A stretch of 64,000 nucleotides of DNA from an uncultured Nitrososphaerota archaeon (GCA_963824385.1 CAWGPD010000004.1:608001-672000), one strand, 5' to 3'. Positions 42,488 to 55,150 are shown, numbered from the stretch's first letter. A program made the numbers and translations. The notes: a model not told the origin generated them from the sequence alone.

Positions 42488-43805
42488 TTATTTATTTGAT
42501 TTTTTTGTAGGAGATATTTTCATTGTCCATATCTTTTTAGGAAGATTTCCTTCCAAGTGTTTTTTATAATCTCCATTAGAAACTTTACTATTAAGAAAAC
42601 TACAAACTTCATCTAATGTGTGAAGAGTGTTATCAATGTCTTCTACTGAGTGAGAATACGAGATGAACGAAACACCAGGCGAGATAAAGATTCCTTTTTT
42701 TACCATCTCTTGTAAAACAAGTGCTTTCAGTGGGAGAGACTCTTCTTTTTTAGAATTATAACAATCAATTGTCATTCGAATAGGATACCCGCGTACTTTG
42801 ATATTCAGATTATGTTTTTCTGTTATTTTGTTCCAGCCTTCAAATAGTCTAGTACCAATTTTCCAACAATGAGAGATTACATCCTTTGATCTCATTTCAT
42901 TTATTGTGGCAATTGTTCCTGCAATAGATAGAGTTTCACTGTTATTAGTTGATGAAACCCACAGTTCATCAAAAATTTTCATAAATTCAGTTGGACCAGT
43001 GATTGCTGATATTGGAAGGCCATTACCCATGCCCTTACCAAAACATACCAGATCTCCTTTTATTCCAAAATACTTTTGTCCACCCGCTAGATCAAATCTA
43101 AAACCAGTAACTATTTCATCTAATATCAATAAAGAATTATTCTTGTCTGCCATTTGACGAACTTTTTTTAGAAAATCACTTGTAGGTTTTTCATAATGAG
43201 TAGGCTCTAGAACAATTGCCGCTATTTCATTTGGGTTATCCTCAAAGATTTGTTCTAGTCCGGCAGCATCATTATAATCAAAAATTTTTATCAACCCTTT
43301 GTTAAATTCTGGAACTCCACCATCACGGCTGACCATTGCTGCCTGCCAGTCATGCCACACACCTCCGCTTCCACAATATGCGATTTTTTCTCGTTTTGTA
43401 ATGGCTCTAGCTGCTCTGATGGCACCTGTAACAGCATTTGAACCTGATTTCTCCAGTTTAACCATCTCAGCATGAGGTATAGTTTTAGAAATTAATTCTG
43501 AAAGTTCTAGTTCTACAGGATGTGGTAGAGAGAACAAAATTCCTTGCTTTAATTGATTTATTATCGCATCATTGACAGGCTTTGTAATTATAACCTAGAG
43601 TTATTGGACCTAATGCCAACAAATAATCTAGATAATCATTACCATCGACATCAGTAAAATGTGAACCGTTTGCAGATTTAACGTATACAGGATATACGCC
43701 TTCAACAAATGATGAGGCTGCTCTACTAAATGTGCCAGTTAATGACGGTATTACTTTTCTTGCACGCTCTTTTAGTTTGTTAGATTCATCAATTTTTCTA
43801 TTCAA
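42488..43805 (-). CDS. Class III PLP aminotransferase (glutamate-1-semialdehyde aminomutase-like); frameshift near 43570
   Basis: DVDGNDYLDY, LGY, KSGS.A, LEP, DEIVTGFR, FGKGMGNG. Confidence 0.85.
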
Positions 43806-43904
43806 ACATAATTTGTTACATTGACTAATAATTAATGGTTTTGTACTTTGTGTTTATGCCAGTTAGAAATTGTACACAATAAAAAATTGTTTATTACAAT
43901 TACA

Positions 43905-44649
43905 TCATTTTACATTAGCATTGAATTTAACTTGATTATTAAGAAAATCTTTTTGTCGATGAAAGTTTATCTCAGAAATAGATTTGTTGTTCTCAAGAAA
44001 AGTAACTATCGCTTTACCATTTTCTAAAATATCAATATTTTCATATAATTTTCTAAAAAATTCTAGATCCTCTTGATAGTCTAATGTCAATCGTATATCC
44101 TTGTTTCTTTCAAAATCTTCAAGTGTAACATAAGTCATGGTTAGTTTTGCTTTTTCAACATATCTAGCAATCACATCAGTATTGGCATTATCATCAGATA
44201 CAACAGAAAATAATTTTACTATTGCGCTTTTTTTCATGGCATATGTAAAGAATCCTGTTACAATGTCATCAGGACATGTAATAATATCAAAATTGCTTGA
44301 TTTTAATTGGGATAATGCTCTAGTTCCTATTTCATAATTACTTGTCAGATCATCTCCATCTACAATTAGTGCATTTTCAATATGAAATGCATTAAAACAG
44401 TCATGCCAACGTTTTATCTTATTTAACAGAGAACCCCTGAAAATTTGTACGTCATGTTGTCTTTGCTACATCTTCAAAGATATCATCAGTGGGATCAGTT
44501 GAGGTTGTAATTATAACTGGTAAACCTGTTTTTTTTGCCCTCTCAACAACAATATCAATAGAGCGTAAATTTCCTTTAATTGGCATAATTGCCTTGTTAG
44601 GAAGTCTTGAGGAGGAATTACGAACGGTAACAAGTGCTGCATCTTTCAT
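43905..44649 (-). CDS. SpsF-like cytidylyltransferase; two frameshifts
   Basis: VR.SSSRLPNK, TS...DD, FRGS, VDGDD, RLTLDY.ED. Confidence 0.8.
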
Positions 44650-44721
44650 TATTATCATAGAATCACCTAATGAAGGTTTGAGATACATATGTTTTCATTA
44701 AAATCATAATTATTAGATGAA

Positions 44722-45711
44722 TTATTTATCGTAAAATGGGTCCGTTCTTAATTTATAATAATTAAGGTCGTGCTCTACCATTGTTTTTACTAGTTCCTTG
44801 AAACTCAATTTTGGTTTCCATCCTAATTCTTGCCTAGCTTTGGACGCATCTCCTACTAGTTCCACAATGTCAGCAGGTCTCTTGATGGATTCATCAATAT
44901 GGACAAAATCATGCCAATCTCCCAAACCAGTATATTCTGCTGCCAGTGAAAGAAATTCTTCCAAAGAGTGGGACTCTCCTGTGGCAATCACATAATCATC
45001 TGGTTTTGATTTTTGTAGCATCAACCACATGGCTTCGACATAATCCCCTGCAAAACCCCAGTCTCTTTTGACATGAATATTTCCTAGATGGAGTTTGTCT
45101 GTTTTATGGAATTTTATTGCTGCAAATGTATTTGTGATTTTTCTTGTAACAAATTCCAGTCCACGTAAAGGAGATTCATGATTGAAAAGAATTCCACAAC
45201 ATGCAAAGATATTGTAGGCATCACGATAATTTACAGTCATATGATGCGCAAAAACTTTGGAGGCTCCATAGGGACTCTTTGGTTTAAAAGATGAACTTTC
45301 ATTTTTTATTCCAGGATAATCGCCATACATCTCACTGGTTGAGGCTTGGTAGAATTTTGCATTAGGTGCAAATTCTTTAATTGATTCAAGAACACGGATT
45401 ACACCAATCCCAGTTACATCTGCAGTAAGAATTGGCTGCTGAAATGATGCAGTAACAAAGGATTGAGCAGCCAAATTATAGATTTCATCAGGTTGAGATT
45501 CTTTAATGGCTCGTTGAATTGAGATTTGATCTGTCAAGTCAGCTTTGATGGTAGTAATTTTTTCAAAGGTATCCATCTCTTCCAATCTTTCAAATAACTT
45601 GTGACTGGTTCTTCGAAAAGTCCCAAAAACATTATAGTTCTTTTTTAAAAGAAAATCAACTAGATACGAGCCATCTTGTCCTGTAACTCCAAAGATTAGA
45701 GCGTTTTTCAT
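44722..45711 (-). CDS. gmd: GDP-mannose 4,6-dehydratase
   Basis: GVTGQDGSYL, YNLAAQSFV, YQASTSE, SPYGASK, GILFNHESP.RG.EFVTRKI, RDWG. Confidence 0.93.
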   Translation of the reverse strand: MKNALIFGVTGQDGSYLVDFLLKKNYNVFGTFRRTSHKLFERLEEMDTFEKITTIKADLTDQISIQRAIKESQPDEIYNLAAQSFVTASFQQPILTADVTGIGVIRVLESIKEFAPNAKFYQASTSEMYGDYPGIKNESSSFKPKSPYGASKVFAHHMTVNYRDAYNIFACCGILFNHESPLRGLEFVTRKITNTFAAIKFHKTDKLHLGNIHVKRDWGFAGDYVEAMWLMLQKSKPDDYVIATGESHSLEEFLSLAAEYTGLGDWHDFVHIDESIKRPADIVELVGDASKARQELGWKPKLSFKELVKTMVEHDLNYYKLRTDPFYDK

Positions 45712-46530
45712 CCCACAACCAATCCATTTTCGACCATTTTATCTAAAAATTCCTTGAAACCAGTACCACCATGCTCATGACCCTTCCATACTTCAATAGC
45801 AAAACCTGCACTTTGATATTTGTTCAAGATAGGAATAATTTTTTCAAATGGCAAGTCACCCTCGCCATACTGTAATCCTTCACCATCAATTCCACCGGCA
45901 TCAGACAAGTGATAATGATCTACAAAGTTTTCTACTTGTAGTAGTTCATCTACTAGCGATAATTTTTTTGTATTACAGTAAAGTTGAGAATGACATAAAT
46001 CAAAACAGATGTGCAAGCCTGTCTCCTTGTGATAATTTACCATGTCGTTGAGCATTTAGAAATACATTGCAATTCCATCTACCGCCAAAAAACCATGCAT
46101 ACGGAGGCATGTTTTCTAAAAGAAAATTGACATTTTTGAGATCAAGTTGTTTTACTGCATCAACTAGCTTGTCTTTCATTTGTTGAACATCAGATGGATT
46201 TAGTTCATGTAATGAATATCCACCTGGATGAACTATCATGGTAGGTTTACCGGTAAACTGCTCATTAAGAGAGATTGTTTTGTCTATAGCTTTTTGGATT
46301 AATTCTAGTGTCTTTTCTTGAGACTGGATTTGATTTGTTTCTCCCAGGCTTACTATATCCAGTAATTTTCTGTCAAAATATTCATAGCAGTGTACAATCA
46401 ATTGTTGTTCAAAATTTCTATCAAGATTTAGTTCCAAGTCACTGTCAGAAAAATGAAACTCTAGTATCTTGGGATTATACTTTAACATGTCATCAAGATC
46501 ATGCTTTCTTACTTTCATCCCTAGAATCAT
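45708..46530 (-). CDS. Xylose isomerase-like TIM-barrel protein; frameshift near 46030
   Basis: EFH, VH, VHPGG, ENMPPYAWFFGG, CFD.CH, HLSDA.G.DGEGLQ, EVWKGH. Confidence 0.8.
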
Positions 46531-47601
46531 TTCAGATCTGCTTGTAGCAAGTATTGCCCCTTTTTTATATTTCTGGTTGACTTTTTGCCCAGCAAGTCAT
46601 AATAGTACTGCGGAGACAATCCCTTTGCAGGACCCTTTATTTCCAAATTTTGCTCTGAAAAGACATCTCCCTCTTGTATATCAGAAGAAGAGACTATGCT
46701 TTTTGCAAGAACTTCACGTTGCAGTACTTCTCCTCTAGTCATTTTTTTAACTGCCTCACCTTTTGATTTCTCAGCCTCTCGTGACATATTTTACAAGATT
46801 TTTGAATTCCTCTGGCTCTAATGATGCTGATTGGTCAATACCTTCCATTGTTTTGTCCAAGGTGATATGACGCTCAATCAATACTGCACCCATGTTTGCA
46901 GCAGTAAGAGACGGAATAATTCCTGGTTCATGTCCGCTGTAACCAACTGGTACATCAAACTTTGTCTTCAATACAGGAAGCAGATTGAGATTAAGCAGTT
47001 CAACAGGTGATGGATATGTGCTATTACAGTGCAGTAAGATAAAAGATGCATTCTCTTTTTTTACAAAATTTACTGTTTTTTCAATTTCATCCAGAGTCGA
47101 CATGCCAGTGGATATGATTATTGGTTTTTTTGTTTTTGCGACATATTTGATTAATGGTAAATTAGTCATGTCAGCAGAAGCAATCTTGTAAGCTGGAACA
47201 TTGAATTTTTCAAGAAAATCTACACTTGGTGCATCCCAAGGAGTACACAGAAATGTAATTTTCTTTTCTTTACAATAATCAATTATTTCTTTATACTCAG
47301 ATTCATTGAATTCAACTTCTTTTAGTATGCCGATTAGTATCTCTAGGCCTTGACTATCCAGATTAGGATTTACCAATACATCATCTTTGTAAATTTTTTC
47401 TAGAGTTCTTTTTTGAAATTTTACCGCATTAGCACCCGACTCGACTGCAACATCTATTAGTTTTTTTGCCAATGGAACTTGTCCGTTATGATTAATCCCA
47501 ATTTCTGCAATTATATAACAAGGCTCATCAATACCTACTAGATTATCTCCGATTTTGACTTTATTTTTATAGCTATATTCCAATTCTTGATTAATACACA
47601 A
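46527..47601 (-). CDS. neuB: N-acetylneuraminate synthase family (NeuB) with SAF domain; frameshift near 46780
   Basis: IAEIGINHNG, AVKFQ, KIASAD, STGM, LHCNSTYP, GYSGHE, ERHITLD; C-terminal KSIV...KGP..G. Confidence 0.9.
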
Positions 47602-47648
47602 TGACCTGTTTTTGTATGTTTGTTATCTAGACAATTACATCAACTAGT

Positions 47649-48935
47649 TCATTGTTTATCTTTTTTTTCAGTTAATTCTAATAGTTTATCACATATTCGT
47701 TCTCCAGCACGTCCGTCCCATTTGAACATAAATTCTCGAATGAAATCATTACGTTTTTGTTCTGTAGCTGGATTTTTTTCCAGTCCCAAATGAATCAATT
47801 CAAGTAAAGAAGATGGTTCTTTGCAATCAATAGCCAGACCTCGTTCTAAAAATGCGTCTCCTTTAAGATCAAAGAAATTGCAAATTACTACTGGTTTTTT
47901 GTATAATAATGCGTAAACTTCAGCAGTACTAGACTGGAATGAGATTACCACATCAGAATCATTAAGAAATTCCAAGATATCGCCTTTCTGGTGGACTGGA
48001 ATTGATGAATCTAGTGAATGTACTAGTAATTCATAATCAGACAAAACAGAAGAGGAGGGATGAATTTTAACTGTAACTGAAGTCTCATTTTTATTTTTTA
48101 AAAGTTCTTTAATAGTTTCTTTGACTGCAAACTCTCGTTGTTTTTCTGTCCAAAATCCATGTTCATACAATGTGGAAGGAGCAAAAAGTACATGTATTTT
48201 ATTGTCTTTTTTGTCAGACTGTTTAGAATCAGATAATTTTTGAAAAGCTAGATCATATATTGGATTTCCTGTGACAACAAGATTAGACTTGTTGTATCCC
48301 ATCTCAATTCGTTGATTTAACAGGCTTTCATTTTCTAGAAATTCAACCGTGTCATTGGCAAACCTAGGATTTAGCTTGTCCATGAAAACAAATTTCCAAA
48401 TCGTAAACAAAGTTTGTATTATATCCTTCTTTATAGCAAACTTGGTTTTTAATAAAAAAATATACTTGAACAAGATAAAATCTACCTCTTTTCATGAATA
48501 TTTTTTTACTTTTTTCTGTATCAGTAGGAATTGAACTTTGGAAAAACCGTGATACGTTTGAGGAAATATTTTCAGCAAGATTTTTTTTAATCCAAATATC
48601 ACTATACACTACACAAAATGCAGGAATACTACAAAACTTGGCGGCAGATGATAAAGCATGATCAATAAAACTCCATGTTGCATTAGCATAAACCAGATCA
48701 GGTTTTCTTTTTTTATCACGTCAACTGCATTTTCATAGTCATGTATATCCAAAACAGTAGAATCAGAATGATTCCAGTTTGTAGAATCTATTCTTTCTGG
48801 AGTATAAACTAGCCATAAAATATGCACATTTACTTTGGTTTTGAGAACAGACAACAAACTTTCAAAGAATATAGTGGTAACCGATTTTACATCAGGTAAT
48901 GTGTGAAGAGGAACTAGAATTTTTAAATTCTTCAT
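47649..48935 (-). CDS. GT-B fold glycosyl/sialyltransferase-like protein; frameshifts near 48680, 48630 and 48365
   Basis: C-terminal VTGNP.YD, VKIHP, S.ST..E, KPV, DGRAGERI; located in a NulO gene cluster. Confidence 0.6.
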
Positions 48936-48941
48936 AAGAAA

Positions 48942-49912
48942 TTATCGGTTTTGTAGAATAAATTTGAAGTGATTTCCAGAGTTTGAAGCATCAATGGCTA
49001 GGTTGAAGAGTATTGTAAAAATCACTACACATCTTTGCTTTAGATTCATCACCTAAAAGGTCATAGTAAGCTTTCAAGTCTCCTAAATCAATCCCATTTG
49101 TTTGAATATGCGCAAGATCCATTCCTACTCTCTCTGCAAGTTTTTTTACAGAATCATGAGTAAAATACTGTAAATGAGCTAGGTGGACAAATCACTTGCC
49201 ATTTTTCTTTCATAATTGTAATTGCTACAGAATCAAAGTTAGGAGTTAAAACCAATATGATTCCATCCTTCGCAAGCAATCGTTTGGCATCAGATATGAA
49301 TTTCACCGGATCAGTGACATGTTCAATTACATCAAAAATAGTAATGACATTAAATTGAATATCGGTTTTTATCTTGTCAATAGGCTCATCAAATACAGTT
49401 ATTCCTAAATGGTTTCTAGTCCATATCGCAAGATCTTTTCCCAACTCCTGACCATAAGCTTCAAAATTATTCTTGAGTGCGATCTGTAGATAATGTCCTA
49501 CTCCGCATCCAATATCAAGTAACTTATTTCCTTTAGCAAATTTTTTGATTAATTCGTATCGTTCAATCCCAAATCTTTCTTTTCTATAATTGCTTTCTTT
49601 GTCAACAGCTTCAATCATCTCAGGCAAATATCCCTCATCTGAATAAACATCGCCAACATTATTTGGAATCTTTGAAGAATACCGATGGCTGCATTCTTTG
49701 CATCCATAAATGTCAATATTGAATTTATTCAGTCTCTTTAGAATACTCGTTACTTTTGCACATTGGACATGTGTGAATGTCTTTGAATCCACTACCTTTT
49801 ACGACATTTTCCATAGCAATCTTTGCCCATTCTGTTTCTCTTTTCAGGAAACCTGTGGTCGTAATTTATCAATATCAATTGCTTTAAAAGTTTCAAGAAT
49901 TTTTGAGTACAT
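48942..49912 (-). CDS. Class I SAM methyltransferase with Zn-ribbon; several frameshifts
   Basis: CPMC..CKEC, LLDIGCGVG, FDVIEH, TPN; ends ...SGNHFKFILQNR*. Confidence 0.75.
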
Positions 49913-50153
49913 GTGTGATGTGATAAATTTCAGGTAAGATATATTAGTTTAAGTCCTTCTTATTATGAAAATACATGCATTCAATATAATTTTAAATCTT
50001 TCATATATAATTAGAAATTTTTAAGCATAAACCTGTTATTGAAAAAAAATTATTTAATTTAGTATTACAAAAAAGAAACAATCATCATAATAGGAAAATC
50101 TAAAAAATAAGGATGAAATAAAATTAGATTAAGAAACTTTTGCGAAAGGTTTT

Positions 50154-50268
50154 AGGTAATTTCTAGAGTTTGAAGCAATCTATGACAGGTTGAAGAGTAT
50201 TGTAAAAGGTATTACATATCTTTGCTTCAGATTCATTACCTAAAAGGTCATAGTAAGACTTTTAAATC
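50154..50268 (-). pseudogene. Degenerate copy of the 3' end of the neighbouring methyltransferase gene
   Basis: Direct repeat of 48968-49080 (shared agagtttgaagca, aggttgaagagtattgtaaaa, acctaaaaggtcatagtaag). Confidence 0.8.
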
Positions 50269-50297
50269 CAACTAGAATTTAGAATGTAGCACCAAAA

Positions 50298-51083
50298 ATG
50301 AATCCGAATAAAATCAAACAACATTATAATAATGAAGTTAAGGAGCACGCATTTTCTGCAAAGAGCACCATGGAAGATTTATTCGTCAGAGATTTAGAGA
50401 TTTCAAAGATTGAAAATGTATTAGAAAAGATAGTAGAACAAAATCAATCGGAATCTGTACTAGAGATAGGTTGTGGAAATGGTTATACGGTTAATGAATT
50501 AGCAAAAAAATTTCAATGTAGATTTACTGCAATTGATGCCAATGAAAAAATGATAAATGTTGCACGAAAGAGAAAATTGAAAAATGTGAATTTTTTTGTG
50601 AGAGACGTATTAAAAATGAATTTTGATGAGGAAGCATTCGACATAGTTTTTTCTGAAAGATGTCTGATAAATTTGACCAGTTGGACTGCACAAAGGAAGG
50701 CACTCTCAATGATCCACAAAATTCTTCGTAAAGGAGGACACTATGTAATGTTAGAAGCATTTAACGATGGTCTCAATGAATTGAATAAAGCAAGAAAATC
50801 ACTAGGATTAAAGAAAATAAATCCAGCATGGCATAATCTTTATTTTGACAAGAAAAAACTCGAATCACATATAAAAGGAAAATTTACCGATTGGAACAAT
50901 AATTTAGAATTACATATGACAATTTTCTAAGTTCGTACTATTTTGGGAGTAGAGTGTTGTATCCTTTTAATAGAAGGAAAAGTTCCATTGCTTTATAATA
51001 ATAGTTTTGTAAAATACTTTACTCTCATTCCAAGTGTAGGAAATTATAGTCAGTTACAACTTTGTGTGCTGAAAAAAATTTAA
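50298..51083 (+). CDS. Class I SAM methyltransferase; frameshifts after ~50910
   Basis: LEIGCGNG, ERCLINL, HNLYF; later frames give NFLSSYYFGSRVLYP and GNYSQLQLCVLKKI*. Confidence 0.8.
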
Positions 51084-51176
51084 CATTTAGAAATTATTTA
51101 AATTCAATCTGAACTCTGACACAAATGGATTAAAATTATCTGTTGTTATGATGATACCATTCTAATTAGACAAAAT

Positions 51177-52326
51177 TCAATATGAAAGATTTTTCTGGAT
51201 TAAATTTTTATTCAAATTAATTTTTTCAAGATATTCAACAATTTTTTTTGATGCGTTACCACTTCCATAAACATTTTTATTAATTTTATAATGTAATTTT
51301 TTCATTCTTAATGCATGTAATATTGCATTACTTACAGAACTAGTGGATGCATCTTTTACTTCAAAAACACCAGCACCTCTTTCTCTACCTTGTTGTCTAC
51401 TACCGATATTCACAACTGGAATCTGAAAATAGCTACCCTCAATTATTCCACTACTCGAATTACCAACTAAAGTACCACAATTTTGAAGCATTCCGAGAAA
51501 GTCTTTTCTTGGTAACGAAGCATATAATTTTATGAAATCATATTTTTTAGAGAATAGTTTCAAATGATTAAAGATATTTCGGCTTCCTGCATCACTGTTT
51601 GGAGCAATGGCTATTGTGGTCTTTTTTAAACTTATGATAGCTTTCAGGATATTATGAATATTTTTTTCATTAAGTTCTGGTTCAGTTGTGACTGGATGAT
51701 ATAGTAATAATATTTCGTCTCCCTTGAATTTTAAATTATAAATCTTTTCAAGAACCTCTTTTTTGGTAATATCCTTATCAGTTATTTCATCAATACTTGG
51801 AGAACCAGTTAAAAATACATATTTTGGATTTTCGCCCATCATGATTATTCGTTTTTTACTTTTTGGAGTGCTGGGAAATGAATATTTGACATTTTTGTAA
51901 TTGCATGCCTATTATACTCATCAATACCTCCAGATTTATCTCCACCATGTATATGGGCATTTGGTATATTCATATGATAAGCAGCAATAGCAGATGCTAA
52001 CATTTCATCTCTATCTCCTAACACCACATTAATGTCAGGTTTTAAATTTTTGAATATTTTAGAAAATGCAATTATTCCTTTTCCTAATGATTTTGACATG
52101 GAATACCCAGTATCACTTTTTGGCATCATGTTACATAGTTTTGAAAATCTTGAAACCATCTTTTTTTATTTCATTAATTGTAAGTCCATATTTTTTTGAA
52201 AATGCGTACCAGTAACAACTAGATAAAGATTCTAGTTTTCTTACTTTTTTGAATTAATTGTAAAAGAGGTCGTAAAATCCCATATTCTGCTCTTGTTCCG
52301 GTTGTTACTACAATTTTTCTTTTCAT
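51177..52326 (-). CDS. neuC: UDP-N-acetylglucosamine 2-epimerase (hydrolysing, NeuC/LegG); several frameshifts
   Basis: TGTRAEYG, LGDR.E, HIHGG, DE..RHAITK, YHPVT, PNSDAG, GNSSSGIIE, IG.RQ.GR. Confidence 0.88.
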
Positions 52327-52361
52327 TGTGTATCAAATATAATGTTTAACCTAATAATACC

Positions 52362-53514
52362 TAAGTATTCAATCTCATTTTACTAGATCCTAGTCCAACC
52401 TTGAATTTCGGATGCCAAACTCCATCCCTATCTTGTTCAAAAAATTCACGGTTATACCATTTATCCATGGTCTTCCAAAATTCTCTTACTGACATACCTG
52501 TAAACTCACAGAATTTATCAACTACACCTTGATCTAGTTTTCGTCAATTTTCTCAACTAAGAGGAATCATTTCTTCTCTTGTTTTGAAGCCATAACTTAT
52601 CCAACGTAGATGCATTATCAGTTGCTACAGAGTGAGCAAATTTCAAGATATTTCAAGATAAGGATTGAGTAAGTAACTTAAGAGATCTATTTGATCATAG
52701 TTATCAATAGAACCTTCTCTTTCGTATTCATGGCCTAGATGACGAAATCCCCAACGCTTTGCAACTTCATAGTTATGGATAGAATTCCAAGGAAGAAAGT
52801 AGACTTAGATAAATTGGTTCAAGTCCAAAATTCTTACATTCTTCTACAGTGGGAGCCACTTGCAGAATGTAAGATCTTTTTCAGTTATTTGTACCATGCT
52901 GTAAGCCATTCTTCTGAATAGGGTTTTACAACATCATTTATGAGGTTGAAGCATTGCAGATGGTGTTTCTTCATTGAATTTTCCTCCGTATGTATATTTA
53001 ACATCTTCACCATAAACCAGTAATTTAACACCCAATTGCATAGTCATTCTATATGGAAATGCATAGATCAAAGAATCAAGATACCATGATGGTTGACCAA
53101 TTTCTTCAAATGCTTTTCTGAGTCATTATTCTAGTAACATTCGTCTATTTGGTTGTAATCTGAATTACTTCACATCCAAAAACATCAGATATATTGTCCA
53201 AGGTTTTTTCTTCCTGTTTCAGTCCAATCAATATTTCCCACTGTAATAAGAATCGGATTCATTTTCATTACTTCTTTCATGATATACGTTTGAAAATGAG
53301 AATCTTTTCCCCCTGATACTGCAATTGCACAATCATATCCATTTCCATTGAAACCCCTATATTTATCACAAAGTGTTTCAAGTTCTTTTAAGCGTTTTTC
53401 CCAATCTGTTGTTTTTTGTTTTTCATAATTGATACAAGCTGCACAAATACCAGATTCATCAAAAGTTAATCCTGGTCTAGTATCAGGCATCAGGCATTTT
53501 TTACAATATTTCAA
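52362..53514 (-). CDS. N-acetyl sugar amidotransferase (PseA/PtmG/WbpG-like); many frameshifts, 3' end approximate
   Basis: MKYCKKCLMPDTRP, C.AC, YDCAIAVSGGKDS, YGE, REGSIDNYDQID, YLKF. Confidence 0.8.
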
Positions 53515-53684
53515 TTTTCATTTTATTGTTATTGATTAGATATATATCAATTTGACTGATTTTCTTCAAATATTTATCATTTAGAGAGTCATAATTGGTC
53601 TAGTTTTATCATTTTATGAGGACAATTTGAAAAATCAAAATTATTTTAAAAAGTATTATACCTCAAGAAATGAAATATCAAGAT

Positions 53685-54383
53685 ATGACATTCATAGTAG
53701 CAGAAATAGGAGTGAATTGGGATGGAGATTTTAACCTAGCAAAAAATATGATGGAAAATGCAAAAATTGCAGGATGTGATGCTGTAAAATTTCAGGCATT
53801 CAATAAACAGATCTTGGGAAATCATCCTGAAAATGAGAAGTTACTAAAAACTTCAATTTCTCATGAAAATGTAAAAACTATTGATGAGATATCAAGGTCC
53901 GTAGGAATAGAGTGGTTTTGTACTCCCATGTATGTAGAAGCAGTAGATTTCCTAGGTCACTATGTAAGAAGATTCAAGATAAGAGAAGGTGATGGAAGAC
54001 CTTTACTTGAAGACAAAACTACAGATTTAATTGAACGAATATTTGATACTGGTAAAGATGTGATAATAAGTAGTAAACAGTCTCCACACAATTGCAAACT
54101 TTACAAACATCCTAAAATAAAATGGTTATATTGTGTTCCAAAATATCCATGTGATTTAACAGATTTAGATTTTGGAGAATTAGATAAATTCAATGGATAT
54201 TCAAATCATTGTCCTCAGATTATAGCACCATTAACTGCAGCCATTTTAGGTGCAGAGATAATAGAAATGCACATCACATCCGATAAATCCAAAAATTTTG
54301 TTGATAATAGCGTAAGTTTTGACTATCAAGAGCTTGCAGAAATTGTTAAATTAATTCGACTCTCAGAGAAAATAAAAAGGTAA
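53685..54383 (+). CDS. Short NeuB-family synthase lacking the SAF domain
   Basis: IVAEIGVNWDG, AVKFQ, YCVPKYP, GYSNH, IEMHIT; ~232 aa. Confidence 0.8.
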   Translation: MTFIVAEIGVNWDGDFNLAKNMMENAKIAGCDAVKFQAFNKQILGNHPENEKLLKTSISHENVKTIDEISRSVGIEWFCTPMYVEAVDFLGHYVRRFKIREGDGRPLLEDKTTDLIERIFDTGKDVIISSKQSPHNCKLYKHPKIKWLYCVPKYPCDLTDLDFGELDKFNGYSNHCPQIIAPLTAAILGAEIIEMHITSDKSKNFVDNSVSFDYQELAEIVKLIRLSEKIKR

Positions 54384-54420
54384 TAAACACAGAGAAAGAA
54401 GATAAGATGGGTTTTTACAA

Positions 54421-55125
54421 ATGAAATCAATTTGTTTCATAGGAGCACGCGGAGGATCAAAAGGAGTACTCAAAAAAAATGTTCGGTTACTAAATGGAAA
54501 ACCGCTAATATCTCATTCAATAGAATCTGCTCTAGATTCAAATATTTTCAGTAATGTTATAGTATCTACTGAAGATAATGAGATTGCAAAAATTGCAAAA
54601 CAATATGGTGCAGAAGTTCCTTTTATGCGTCCCAAGAAATTAGCAACAGATACAGCTGGAATGTATGATGTTATAATTCATGGAATAAACAATCTAAGAA
54701 ACCTAGGTTACAAATTTGATATTCTAGTTAATCGTGACTGTACTGTTCCTTTTATTCGCAATAAAGACATACGGGGTTCAATCAATTTACTACAGAAAAA
54801 GAATTGTGATGCAGTATATGGTGTGTATAGACAACATCATAATCCTTACTTCAACATGATGGAACCAGATTCCAATGGTTTTTTGAGATATTCTAAAAGT
54901 ATTGGAAAGAAAATAAAAAGTAGACAATCTGCACCAGTAGTATATCAATTAAATGGATTATTCACAATTTATGTTGATAAATTATTAAAACATGGAAAAT
55001 GGCATATGCCTAAAATACTTCCATATGAAATTCCACCAGAAACTGGTTTTATGATTGACACAGAGTTTGAATTTCAAATTGCAGAGATGATAGCTAAAGG
55101 AAAAATCAAAATTCCACGAATATAA
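54421..55125 (+). CDS. neuA: Acylneuraminate cytidylyltransferase
   Basis: ARGGSKG..KN, KPLI, VSTED, PFMRP..LA.D, Y.LNG, IDT..EF. Confidence 0.9.
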   Translation: MKSICFIGARGGSKGVLKKNVRLLNGKPLISHSIESALDSNIFSNVIVSTEDNEIAKIAKQYGAEVPFMRPKKLATDTAGMYDVIIHGINNLRNLGYKFDILVNRDCTVPFIRNKDIRGSINLLQKKNCDAVYGVYRQHHNPYFNMMEPDSNGFLRYSKSIGKKIKSRQSAPVVYQLNGLFTIYVDKLLKHGKWHMPKILPYEIPPETGFMIDTEFEFQIAEMIAKGKIKIPRI

Positions 55126-55150
55126 AATTAAGAAATCTTAAGTTTTCTAT

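Noticed and set aside
49940..50150. Very AT-rich non-coding tract as ncRNA or replication origin
   Set aside because: No structured GC stems, ORB-like boxes or cdc6 nearby
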